In this document: positions 32,276 through 40,709 of the stretch, in pieces
Numbering within the stretch: the first letter of the stretch is position 1
How the letters are laid out: the number at the start of each line of letters is the position of its first letter
Program-made: the position numbers and the translations under genes
Source of the DNA: a virus
Taxonomy: Duplodnaviria > Caudoviricetes
DNA length: 40,709 bases
Strand: one strand, 5' to 3'
Virus record (IMG/VR): IMGVR_UViG_3300025301_000030
Span: 1-40,709 of that record
Notes under the pieces: model-generated
The model's database searches: none
Seen by the model: only the letters and a program-made list of their open reading frames with translations
Told to the model about the DNA's origin: nothing

Positions 32276-32910
32276 CGGATAAATCCAATAACGCCGATTG
32301 ATATGTTTGTGATGCTCGGCATATTTGTGTCATCGACGCGCGGCCTAAAGGATGGTGTCACATGCCATGTTCCGGGCTCCAGGAACTGTGTGGCCCTGAC
32401 TGAAATTGGAAGCCTGTTGGTTGTTCCTCCAGCCTTGCATTCGGTGCTAAAGCTTGCGTTCGTGCCACCGGCCGCAGAGCCATTTAGTCTTATAATTGCG
32501 TCTATCTTTAGCGGCCCACTGTGGGCTACCGCCCTTGTCGCTGTCGCCTGGAGAAAGAAGTGGTATTTCGCGGACACCCTTGACGTAAACCTAAGATCAA
32601 ACCCAGAGCTATCCACGTCATTGAACTTTATGTTGGTTAGGTCTGAGCCAGACATCGACCCGGCCGTAGAGTATAGGAGGTTCTGCTGTGGAGAGTCCTC
32701 GTCGTAGCAGACGAATGGCCCCCGCTGCATGTCAAACGCATCCGCTGGATTGGGCGGAATTGCAACAGAATAGTTGATGGAGTATGGGGCAATATTGTTT
32801 TGATCTATTGAGGACATGGCGCTGGCTACTCGATAGAACTCCTCCATCAGGTTGTCGGCGTCAGCGACAGCGCCAGCGGTGAATACGTTCTTCTGGACGT
32901 AGTAGGTCAT
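32272..32910 (-). CDS. Tail/short-fibre-like protein
   Basis: FTAGAVADADNLMEEF...IDQNNI motif typical of podophage fibre N-termini. Confidence 0.6.
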   Translation of the reverse strand: MTYYVQKNVFTAGAVADADNLMEEFYRVASAMSSIDQNNIAPYSINYSVAIPPNPADAFDMQRGPFVCYDEDSPQQNLLYSTAGSMSGSDLTNIKFNDVDSSGFDLRFTSRVSAKYHFFLQATATRAVAHSGPLKIDAIIRLNGSAAGGTNASFSTECKAGGTTNRLPISVRATQFLEPGTWHVTPSFRPRVDDTNMPSITNISIGVIGFIR

Positions 32911-33143
32911 TGCTGTTCCAGAGTGGCGACATATTCCTCAAGCTCAGATGGCGCAGCGCCCTCAAGCGATATAGCCGCCCTGAGCAGAGATCCACGGTCC
33001 TCAAAGTCGCCAATCGGAGCGCCGCCGACCTCGCGAAGCGCCTTGTTCACGGTTCCGGCAAAGTCCATTTGAAGCCTGAGGTCCGGTATTCCCAGATCAA
33101 GCTCGTGTACCGCTGCGGCGATCCTTTTCGTCAGCCTACTCAT
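32907..33143 (-). CDS. Hypothetical protein (78 aa)
   Basis: ATG 33143 (MSRLTKRI) overlaps the nozzle stop, with an ATGA overlap downstream. Confidence 0.6.
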   Translation of the reverse strand: MSRLTKRIAAAVHELDLGIPDLRLQMDFAGTVNKALREVGGAPIGDFEDRGSLLRAAISLEGAAPSELEEYVATLEQQ

Positions 33144-35436
33144 GGTCCGTACCCTCTCCCCGTATACCATGGTCCTTCATGTGGAGGAGGAAGCCAACGA
33201 TTCTCCAGCCAGCGTCACCACCACCATCAAACGATAGCTTAAGAGACTTTGCCGTTATGTTTTCGCCAGACTGATCAGACCCAGTGTTAACCAACTGACT
33301 CTTTGGCCTCGCAATACCGCTTAGATGATCAAGCGGGTCGAGCGGATCAGTAACCCTTATGTTTATCTTTTTGCATCGAACTCTTTTCTCGTCCCAGAGC
33401 TTCTTCGGGATGCTGGCTGTGTCGTGAAAGTCTTTCCACAGAAGCGGCCCGGTCTGCCCCCCAATAGAGTTGAGCTTTGCATCGTTCCACAGCAGCGCGT
33501 CTTGGTCTGCCGGGGTTAGGTAGTCCTCCCCAATGATATTCCTGTCCCAGTCCGTAAACCACTTTACATAGATCCTGTTGTCAAAATCCTCTGTATTAAG
33601 AGCCTTACTGCCGACCTGATACCCTCCGGTCTGGACATAGAAGACATCTACCCTGTAGAAAGTCTTGTCTGACTGAGGCGAGCTTCCGTAGAGCCATCTC
33701 GTCTCAAAGCTCCTTCTCATTGAAACCTTTGATAGCGGCGGAAAATGTGCAACGACCGTGTTCCCATCTCCAGAAATTGATGGAGTGAATGTCCCTCCTG
33801 GGTTGTTGAAGTAATATATGGCCGATCCAGCGCCCCACACGCCAAGATCATTAACCCCAGGATTCGTGCCGCCACTATTCTCTATCCAGTTTTCTGGCGT
33901 GACAGGCCCATGCTCAACGTGCGAGCTATAGCCAACCAACATCATATCTTTGTACCGAGCGGCAGCGGTTACGACCGCCTCCACCCTTGACAGGGCCCCG
34001 TTGTCTACATGAATGGCCCAGACCTCGTTGTTGAACGACTTCGGTCCAGAGGCAATGCTGAAGTAGACGCGGCGATTGGGTGGGTCCACCCAGGCTATGC
34101 TGTTCTTCAGTGTGTCACTCGGAATCTTCCTTACTATCTCTGAGATATCTTTTGATATAGGGACAACCTTTGTCCCATCGAATGCGTTGATGCCTTGCCT
34201 TGAGACAAAGTAGACCTTGCCCTCAAACCCTACGGCGGCGCGATCTGACACAGCGCCAATATTGCTGCTCATCGGGGTAAGTATTGGGACCCCGTTTTTA
34301 TCCTGCGTGAGCATGAATGTGCTGCTCTCCTTGAAGACAAGGACGAAGTCTGACGAAAGGGAGAAGCCCGTAATCCTGTCGGCGGCGTTTGTTCCGATGA
34401 GTAGAAAGTTGTCTACCGGAACCGCCTCTTTCCCGCCCTTGTCCTTTGAGTACCAGAGCGCAGTGGGGTTCTCAGTGTTCCCCGAGTAGTACGTTCTTCC
34501 GCGAAAATAGAAGGCAAACCTGCAAAGTGGAGGTGGGCCATTTGATAGTGGGTCAGGCGATTTATCGCTAAGCGGGGCCTCTGGGTCTATGCCGTCTAGA
34601 TATGTGTCTCCATCAGTCCCAGGTAGATAGCGGATTAGATAGTATGTAATTAAGTCCAGGCTTCGATACAGGTTTCTACCGATGATGTCGTCCTGCGGGG
34701 CTGGACCCTCAAGCCCAGCAACCATCACCATATACCTGTGCTTCTCGCCTACGTTGTCGTCATTTACAGCGTTTGATGCTGACGAAAGCTCACTCTCCTG
34801 CCCGAACTCACTTACCCACGATACCTTGTACTTATACGTCACCTTCGTGGTGGTTTTTGTCATCGCATGACCCGACCAGAGCAGCCCAACCCTCTGCTCT
34901 GAGATCGATATTTCGGTAGCCCCGTCCTCCTCGCCCAGGATCGTTGGGGCCTCTGGAGCCCCAGCTATGCCGAGCGGGGTGGCCTTCTCCCCGTCCCACT
35001 TCATGTTGGGATCTCGGCCGTTTAGAATTAAAAGGTTATTCGCCACCTGAAGGAATCTAGTGGCCTCAGAGAGGTTCTTTGGGATGTGCCTGTTCGTTAG
35101 AATGTGTGTGATTGACTCACCCTGAACTAGCGATATTTTCCCATCACACTCAATCAAGATGTCTGTTCTGCCCTCGTTCGTGAACGTACCAATAGAGGTA
35201 ATCATTCTTGGGAACTGCATCTTTGCGTAGTGAACCGGGCTCCCAAACTTAACCGGCACCTTCTTCCAGGCGCGAACCAAGGGACGAATGCCTTCGGCGC
35301 TAACCACCTCACCCTTCAGGCTGAAGTAGACCCCACGATTGTCTGAGGACGTACCCTTCTCTTGCCAGACCCTGGTATCAATTCCAGTAACCTGAGACGG
35401 ATCAAACGCCTGTACTGAGCCGCGAGCCTTGGTCAT
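33136..35436 (-). CDS. Tail nozzle / DNA stabilisation protein (P22 gp10 / T7 gp12-like beta-propeller)
   Basis: Propeller-type motifs LWYS, ITG-x6-VLVFKESS, IGAVS, VYFVSRQGI-x-AFDG, ISKDI and DKTF. Start moved to ATG 35436 (ATGA overlap). Confidence 0.75.
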   Translation of the reverse strand: MTKARGSVQAFDPSQVTGIDTRVWQEKGTSSDNRGVYFSLKGEVVSAEGIRPLVRAWKKVPVKFGSPVHYAKMQFPRMITSIGTFTNEGRTDILIECDGKISLVQGESITHILTNRHIPKNLSEATRFLQVANNLLILNGRDPNMKWDGEKATPLGIAGAPEAPTILGEEDGATEISISEQRVGLLWSGHAMTKTTTKVTYKYKVSWVSEFGQESELSSASNAVNDDNVGEKHRYMVMVAGLEGPAPQDDIIGRNLYRSLDLITYYLIRYLPGTDGDTYLDGIDPEAPLSDKSPDPLSNGPPPLCRFAFYFRGRTYYSGNTENPTALWYSKDKGGKEAVPVDNFLLIGTNAADRITGFSLSSDFVLVFKESSTFMLTQDKNGVPILTPMSSNIGAVSDRAAVGFEGKVYFVSRQGINAFDGTKVVPISKDISEIVRKIPSDTLKNSIAWVDPPNRRVYFSIASGPKSFNNEVWAIHVDNGALSRVEAVVTAAARYKDMMLVGYSSHVEHGPVTPENWIENSGGTNPGVNDLGVWGAGSAIYYFNNPGGTFTPSISGDGNTVVAHFPPLSKVSMRRSFETRWLYGSSPQSDKTFYRVDVFYVQTGGYQVGSKALNTEDFDNRIYVKWFTDWDRNIIGEDYLTPADQDALLWNDAKLNSIGGQTGPLLWKDFHDTASIPKKLWDEKRVRCKKINIRVTDPLDPLDHLSGIARPKSQLVNTGSDQSGENITAKSLKLSFDGGGDAGWRIVGFLLHMKDHGIRGEGTDHE

Positions 35437-36779
35437 GTCCCTGACGGCCTGAAGGCCCCGTACCACCAAGTAGGCTTGCCGCGAGCCTTTCTTACGCCCC
35501 CAAAGACAACGCGCCTCTGCTGGTTCATTCTGTCGCTTTGAATCATCCTGGCGATGCCCATCTCGTATCGCTGCCGAGCGTGACCGGACCTCCCCTGCTC
35601 ATCGCTAGCCTCAAGCATCAGGGCCTCAGCCCCGTCGAGAATGATTCCATGATACTGAGCGTCGAACAGCGGCCTATCGTTGTCATCGCCCATGCGCTTT
35701 GCCTCGACCTGGGTAATGGCACTGATTGTGTATTCCCCGTCTGGAACTGGATAAAGCTGCATGAACATCGTAGAGGAGCTAGCTGGGCCTCTTGTCGAAA
35801 GCTCCGTGTCCCTCCTGCATATCTGCTGGATTGTTGGGCCAGCCCCAAACCCAACTAGGTATGGAACGCTGTCGTTCGTCTTGCTTCTGTACCACTTTAT
35901 CCCGAGGTCCTCGCGTAGCGCAGAGGGAGTGGTGGTTATGCTCACCGGTATTGTGTCGTGGGTTGCGTCTGTTATCTCTACCGTTGCTCCTGCGCTAAGA
36001 GCCGATTCAGCGCCAGTGGTTTCGTCAAACTGTGTCCACCAAAAAGTGTAGCTGCCAATCGATAGCTCTCCATTTCCTGCCTGTGGAACGCCAGTGTTAA
36101 CTGCATAGGCGGGAGCCGGTATTGGGTCTTTATGAATAACTGAAAAGCTTGACGGCCTTCCCTCAACATCTCGACCAAGGTGAATCATGTTGATTGGGCC
36201 CACTGCGCCCATGCCAAGCGGGGTTCCGTAGCTTGTAGATCCGCCGTCGAACATCGCAGTTTCCACAACCGTCACAGTGCCGACCGGAAGGGCTATCTCG
36301 TTGTAGAGAACCTTGATGTAGTGGATTGCCGTAGCGAGCGGCGTTCCCGTCTGCACAGTGCATCTAAGCGGACGATCCAGCGTGAACTCAATGGCCGTCG
36401 TTGGCGCTGGAGAGCTTGGGTTTGCGATGTTTATAACTCTGTAGAAGTCATCGTCAATTCTGACCATCTTCCCAAGCGTGTTTGCCGGGATGGTGGGTGT
36501 CCCGACGCCAGGGCTAACGGCGTCCTGAACCTGAATTACGATGTTGCCGTTCTGGGTTCCGAGGACCTGTATTCCCACGGCGGGGGTAGCCCCCACGGCA
36601 GCAGCCGAGACAAACGGCGCAGTGGTTGCGTATGAGTATTCTCGACGCAGCCATCCCCACTTACGCCTGGAGCAGATGTCCAGGTAGGACTGGTTCAGCT
36701 TGCGGTCAAGCTTGGCGTCCGATTGGGAGTAATCCTCCCGCCGCTCTTGGAGAGCCGTTCTGAGTTCCGAAAGGTTCAC
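35433..36779 (-). CDS. Head-tail adaptor protein with large insertion
   Basis: MNLSELR...LNQSY-x-DI....W-x-WL N-terminus and LYPVPD...D-x-P-x-F...YH-x-II..GA C-terminus, typical of gp4/gp11-like adaptors. Confidence 0.75.
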   Translation of the reverse strand: MNLSELRTALQERREDYSQSDAKLDRKLNQSYLDICSRRKWGWLRREYSYATTAPFVSAAAVGATPAVGIQVLGTQNGNIVIQVQDAVSPGVGTPTIPANTLGKMVRIDDDFYRVINIANPSSPAPTTAIEFTLDRPLRCTVQTGTPLATAIHYIKVLYNEIALPVGTVTVVETAMFDGGSTSYGTPLGMGAVGPINMIHLGRDVEGRPSSFSVIHKDPIPAPAYAVNTGVPQAGNGELSIGSYTFWWTQFDETTGAESALSAGATVEITDATHDTIPVSITTTPSALREDLGIKWYRSKTNDSVPYLVGFGAGPTIQQICRRDTELSTRGPASSSTMFMQLYPVPDGEYTISAITQVEAKRMGDDNDRPLFDAQYHGIILDGAEALMLEASDEQGRSGHARQRYEMGIARMIQSDRMNQQRRVVFGGVRKARGKPTWWYGAFRPSGT

Positions 36780-36810
36780 GAACGACCCTCCAAGTTGGAC
36801 GGGGGATTAA

Positions 36811-37245
36811 CTAAGCCTTGCGGCGGTAACGGATCATGACCTTAAGGGCGGTCAGGGTGTTGCCACCGCTTCTGGTCAGCGTTATTGACATTCCTCGACC
36901 CTGTGGAATCAATTGATTCTGGTCAGGGGTAGAGGTAGCAGGGACATGGTTAGTCACTGCGACCCAGCCTGGGACGGCAAACATTGTTGCTGGCGTGGGA
37001 GCAACAGGCCCGCCAGTGGCGTTCTTGTAATCAGCTTGCAGGGTCCATCCGGTAGTGGCAGATCCCTCAGACAAGAGGGTGATTGCCTCTATGTAAATGT
37101 CTGAGTCTGTTGCGCCAAGGACGAACAGATCAGTGGCTGTGGCGCTAGTGTCTCCAATGTCAACAACGACCTCGTTGTAAATAGAGTACCCGTGAGGAGC
37201 GTAGTCCTTCGAAACGCGACTAACGTGTGGGGCTAGAGAAGCCAT
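36811..37245 (-). CDS. Putative virion structural protein
   Basis: Start moved to ATG 37245 (SD AGGAG). Beta-rich. Confidence 0.65.
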   Translation of the reverse strand: MASLAPHVSRVSKDYAPHGYSIYNEVVVDIGDTSATATDLFVLGATDSDIYIEAITLLSEGSATTGWTLQADYKNATGGPVAPTPATMFAVPGWVAVTNHVPATSTPDQNQLIPQGRGMSITLTRSGGNTLTALKVMIRYRRKA

Positions 37246-37268
37246 TCTTAATTCTCCTAGCTGTGATT

Positions 37269-37292
37269 GCCAGGGAGCCGAAGCCCCCTGGC
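37269..37292 (-). terminator. Stable cUUCGg hairpin after the capsid genes (attenuator or mRNA stabiliser)
   Basis: GCCAGGGGGC-TTCG-GCTCCCTGGC, with no U-tract. Confidence 0.6.
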
Positions 37293-37306
37293 TCACACGT
37301 TAATCG

Positions 37307-37750
37307 TTAGCCCCAGGTGGTGAGGCCGTTAAAGAAAACAGTCTGAAGGCCAGTGCCAGCAGTATGAGCAATTCCGCAGAGCTTGTTGCCAGAAGCGTCT
37401 GCCGTAAAAGTAGACGCTCCTTGCGGTGCCAAGCTTGTAGCAGCGCGAAGTATAACTCCATCGCCAACCACTGAAGCGGTGTTCATATTCGCCTGACAAA
37501 CGCCCATAATTCGGATTAGGACATCCTCGCCAAGGGCGAAGGTACTCTTTCCGTTGCTGCCAAGGACAACCCCATAAGGGGCAACCTGACCAAGCGCGTC
37601 GCTAATTACGGGCACCCGAGTGCTAAGACCGTCGTCGGTAGCACCGACAGCGGGATCAATCTGGACAATGTCACCCCGGCTCAATGCAGCGTGCGCGCGC
37701 GCTGCCACATCAAGCTGTAGGGCTGAGCCACCATGAATAAATGTAGACAT
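37307..37750 (-). CDS. Capsid decoration/cement protein
   Basis: ALSRGDIV, YGVV, IRIMG, VGD and CGIA pattern. Directly after the major capsid gene, SD AAAGGAG. Confidence 0.65.
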   Translation of the reverse strand: MSTFIHGGSALQLDVAARAHAALSRGDIVQIDPAVGATDDGLSTRVPVISDALGQVAPYGVVLGSNGKSTFALGEDVLIRIMGVCQANMNTASVVGDGVILRAATSLAPQGASTFTADASGNKLCGIAHTAGTGLQTVFFNGLTTWG

Positions 37751-37771
37751 TTTTGTGTCTCCTTTCCCAGC

Positions 37772-38860
37772 TTAAAACTGGATTGCGCCAGTAAAGTTAG
37801 ACACAGCCTGACGAGCCAAGCTTGATGCCGTGAGCATGGCAGTAAAGTAAGTGTGGGCGATGATGACATCACTGTTGGGCGGAGTCATGAAGTCCGTCAT
37901 ACGGAAGTCATCGTGGCTCAGGATTGCAAGCTGCAAGCCAACACCTGTCGCCTTACCCTGAACAAACGGGTTCTTTCCCGGAACCGTGAAGTGTTCCGGC
38001 TTCAAGTTGAAGTCGTTCACCTGACGCTTTCCGGTAGTGGTCAGCATGTAGGTAAGGCCCGTTCCAACCAACTGCTCCTCGGGAACCACCGGGGTGCCCT
38101 CAAAGAGAAGGTTCTGGAAACCCTGGTCCCACAGCGCCTTGTCCCGCTCAGCCTGATTGGGAGCCACCAGACGCTTGAAGAAGCGATACACCTGGGGGTC
38201 CGTCAGAATGATGTCGGGATGGGTGCTTTTCTGAGAAGCATCCATGTAAAGCTGTTCCCAGGTATCGAGGCCATCGGTTCCGAAGGCTGTCATCTGGGCT
38301 GACTGGTTATCCCAATTCACATATCCACCAGCAATGCCAGACTGAGCAATTCCACCGACCGTGAGGTTGGGGGTTGCGCTCACACTGGCGGGGCAGATGA
38401 ACTGAGGAAGGCCCTGCAACTCATTGGGAGCAGCAGCGTTCGTCGTATACAACTGTCGGGAAAGCTCGTTGATCAGGCTGATCTTGGAGATCGCCATCTT
38501 CGCGTTGAGCAGGTTGACGATCTGGTAAGCGCCACGGTTCTGAGCAAGCTCAGTGTTGTCAACGACAACAGATGCGCGGTTCTTGTACCAAGTCGGGTAA
38601 CGGGCCGTGTCCGGTCCATCTTCCGGCGTAGTCGAAAAGGTTGCGTAGGTTCCAATGGCCGAGACGTTGGAAGACTCGGTGAGGACTACGGGCATGCGGC
38701 ATTCTGTGCCACCTTCATAACGGACTGCGCCCTGGCGATACATATGCCAGAGGAGAGGGTTGGACTGCACGATCTCCATTGCAACGGAGTCTCGAACAGC
38801 CTGGAGCGTAGTCGAATAGACACGATCCAACGCGAGGTTCGTAATTGTATTAGCAGGCAT
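37772..38860 (-). CDS. Major capsid protein (HK97 fold)
   Basis: 362 aa with NPLL, GG-x-E, N-x-G-x2-QIVNLL-x-AK, ELQGL, PDII, GFQNLLFEGTPVV and RQA motifs. Follows the scaffold. Confidence 0.88.
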   Translation of the reverse strand: MPANTITNLALDRVYSTTLQAVRDSVAMEIVQSNPLLWHMYRQGAVRYEGGTECRMPVVLTESSNVSAIGTYATFSTTPEDGPDTARYPTWYKNRASVVVDNTELAQNRGAYQIVNLLNAKMAISKISLINELSRQLYTTNAAAPNELQGLPQFICPASVSATPNLTVGGIAQSGIAGGYVNWDNQSAQMTAFGTDGLDTWEQLYMDASQKSTHPDIILTDPQVYRFFKRLVAPNQAERDKALWDQGFQNLLFEGTPVVPEEQLVGTGLTYMLTTTGKRQVNDFNLKPEHFTVPGKNPFVQGKATGVGLQLAILSHDDFRMTDFMTPPNSDVIIAHTYFTAMLTASSLARQAVSNFTGAIQF

Positions 38861-38876
38861 TTTATTCCTTTAGGTT

Positions 38877-39665
38877 TTAAAACCCCTGCTCTTTCAATGC
38901 TCTGGTCGCTGCCTCTAAAGCGGTTTCCCGCTTCTTCTTAGAGACAACAGATCCTTTGCGTGAAGCTACAGGAGCCGCCGCGTGGCGCTTCTTAGACTTT
39001 GCCTTGGTTTTTGCTTCACTGACATGCGCCCTGGCGACCTTCGCAGCGATGCGAACGGCCTTGGCAGGGTTAGTGACAGCAAGCTCTGTCAGGTCGGGGT
39101 CCGAATCGAGTACCTGACCCACAGTGGCTGCAAAGGTTCCGTGATCAATGTCGGGGTAATCCTGCGCCCATGCCTGATAGGCACGAACCACACGCTGTTG
39201 CGTAGCGATGGGTTGGATCTCGGCAACTGCGTTGCCAACTCCCAACTCATTTAGCTTTGCCTTAACAGCCTCGTTGACGTAATGGCTGATGACATCTTCA
39301 GGGGAGGCCCCCTTCGACATGTCTGGAGCCGCTGGCTCCTCTGCCTCCGTCTCGGCCTTCGCCTGATTTTGGCGAAGCAGGATCTGATCGACTACTGATC
39401 TACGGTCTTCGAGCGACTGCCGGTCGCTAGCGAGGCTTTGAGTCTTCTTCGTGTAATCCGATTGCCTCAGGAATCCGCGCTTTAGTTCTGCCTTAACCTC
39501 GGCAGGCACGTTTTCCATTGCTTCTATGTAGCTAAGCGGGTTGTCCGAAAAATCTTCAGTCTCCTCGGTTTCCTCGAAACCGTCGTCTGCCGAAGCTCCG
39601 GTCCCATCTTCGAGGGTGTCCACTTCTTCGTGGGCCTCGTCATGTGGGGTGTCGGTGGCGTCCAT
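38877..39665 (-). CDS. Capsid scaffolding protein
   Basis: Acidic N-terminus, ELKRGFLRQSDYTKKTQ-x-LA signature, coiled coil and basic C-terminus. Confidence 0.85.
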   Translation of the reverse strand: MDATDTPHDEAHEEVDTLEDGTGASADDGFEETEETEDFSDNPLSYIEAMENVPAEVKAELKRGFLRQSDYTKKTQSLASDRQSLEDRRSVVDQILLRQNQAKAETEAEEPAAPDMSKGASPEDVISHYVNEAVKAKLNELGVGNAVAEIQPIATQQRVVRAYQAWAQDYPDIDHGTFAATVGQVLDSDPDLTELAVTNPAKAVRIAAKVARAHVSEAKTKAKSKKRHAAAPVASRKGSVVSKKKRETALEAATRALKEQGF

Positions 39666-39751
39666 TGGTGTATTGTCTCCCAGCTCTGGATAATCCCAGA
39701 GTTTCTATTATGTGGGTGCATTCTCGTTTTATTGTCAAGTACCATCAAGCC

Positions 39752-40709
39752 ATGTCAGCAAGAAAACCAAAATTAACCGCAAAAGAAGTGGACCTTTGGC
39801 ATGAGAGAATCTCTCGTGCAGAGAAAGATATGGAGGAAAATGTTCTCGACGAGTGGAAGAAATCGTTCGAGGACTACATAGGCAAGAGGCACGACGAGGA
39901 CGCCTATCACGACGACAGCGACGTTCCCAACTTTAACTTCTTGCTGTCCACATCCAACTCCCTACTTCCAGCGATTATCAGCGCAGATCCCTACCTTCGC
40001 ATGCTCCCTCGTCGCCCAGACGACAAGGAGGGAGCAAAGATCGCAGAGGCTGCGGTCAACTATGTCTTCAGAGAGATCAACATAAAGAGAACGGTGAAGG
40101 ACACTGTTCTTGACGCGATGCTCTATGGGATTGGGTTTGCCAAGGTTGGCTATGACCCATCTGGCGCGTTTCTCATGGAGGAGGACTATGAGGTTGGTCC
40201 TGAGATACTTGCGGAGGATGAAGACGCGGCAAAGCCTGACTCAAGAATCCTGAGAGAGGCCATGGCGATGGAGGATGTTCCATTTGATGATGGCCCGCAG
40301 GATAACCCAACCGCCGATAGAGTCGCCCCTTGGGACATTCTCCTACCTGCTGGATATGACGATATTCAGAAGTGCCCATGGGTCTGCGAGCGCATGACAA
40401 TAAGGCTGGAGGACCTGAGGGCTGACGACAGGTTCAGCCTGCCAAAGAATATCTCAGCCGACTCCTGGCTATCGGACACCGTCCCATCTGAGTACAGCTA
40501 CTACAAGGATGACGACTTCCTTGGAGAGACTAAGCCTGCTGAATACATCACGGTCTACGAGATCAGGTACTGGACGAGGACGAAGAACGGACAGCGAAGG
40601 CGGTGTCTGTGGCTGACCAGGAAGCAGGAGGGCCTGGACTCAAAGGAAACCATTCTTCGCCATATTGACGATCCGCTCCTCATGCGTGGATATCCCTACC
40701 AGCAGCTTC
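39752..40709 (+). CDS. Portal protein (P22/N4-like), 3'-truncated by the window edge
   Basis: Not in the ORF track. Manual translation MSARKPKLTAKEVDLWHERI...LLPAIISADP...PRRPDDKEGAKIAEAAVNY...VLDAMLYGIGFAKVGYD...DRVAPWDI...W. Confidence 0.85.
   Translation, partial: MSARKPKLTAKEVDLWHERISRAEKDMEENVLDEWKKSFEDYIGKRHDEDAYHDDSDVPNFNFLLSTSNSLLPAIISADPYLRMLPRRPDDKEGAKIAEAAVNYVFREINIKRTVKDTVLDAMLYGIGFAKVGYDPSGAFLMEEDYEVGPEILAEDEDAAKPDSRILREAMAMEDVPFDDGPQDNPTADRVAPWDILLPAGYDDIQKCPWVCERMTIRLEDLRADDRFSLPKNISADSWLSDTVPSEYSYYKDDDFLGETKPAEYITVYEIRYWTRTKNGQRRRCLWLTRKQEGLDSKETILRHIDDPLLMRGYPYQQL

Noticed and set aside
39707-39738. TTGACA...CATAAT minus-strand promoter for the late operon
   Set aside because: The spacer is 20 nt, outside the sigma70 range, so it was not called.

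Overview
The whole window is a segment of a tailed dsDNA bacteriophage genome with a podovirus-like gene set (no tape measure, sheath or tube genes seen). From left to right: (1) a leftward early operon of small, often very acidic ORFs ending in a truncated MoxR-type AAA+ ATPase; (2) a non-coding control region (about 2845-3300) with back-to-back sigma70-type promoters and a dense cluster of repeats; (3) a rightward operon of small, translationally coupled genes joined by a repeated 21-bp junction, followed by a Cas4/AddB-like exonuclease, RecT, a candidate structured RNA, a tRNA-Ile2(CAU) and an Hjc-type resolvase; (4) a roughly 29-kb minus-strand late operon (scaffold, major capsid, decoration, adaptor, nozzle, three fibre-like paralogues, three probable ejection proteins, a 3956-aa polyvalent virion protein, a LamG-like protein and the lysis module); (5) a portal gene transcribed divergently and truncated by the right edge. 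The most notable items are the repeat-joined early gene array next to the recombination genes, the giant protein with zincin, ADP-ribosyltransferase-like and glycine-zipper modules, two candidate structured RNAs, and several micro-ORFs missing from the ORF track. All family calls come from motif recognition by eye, not database searches.
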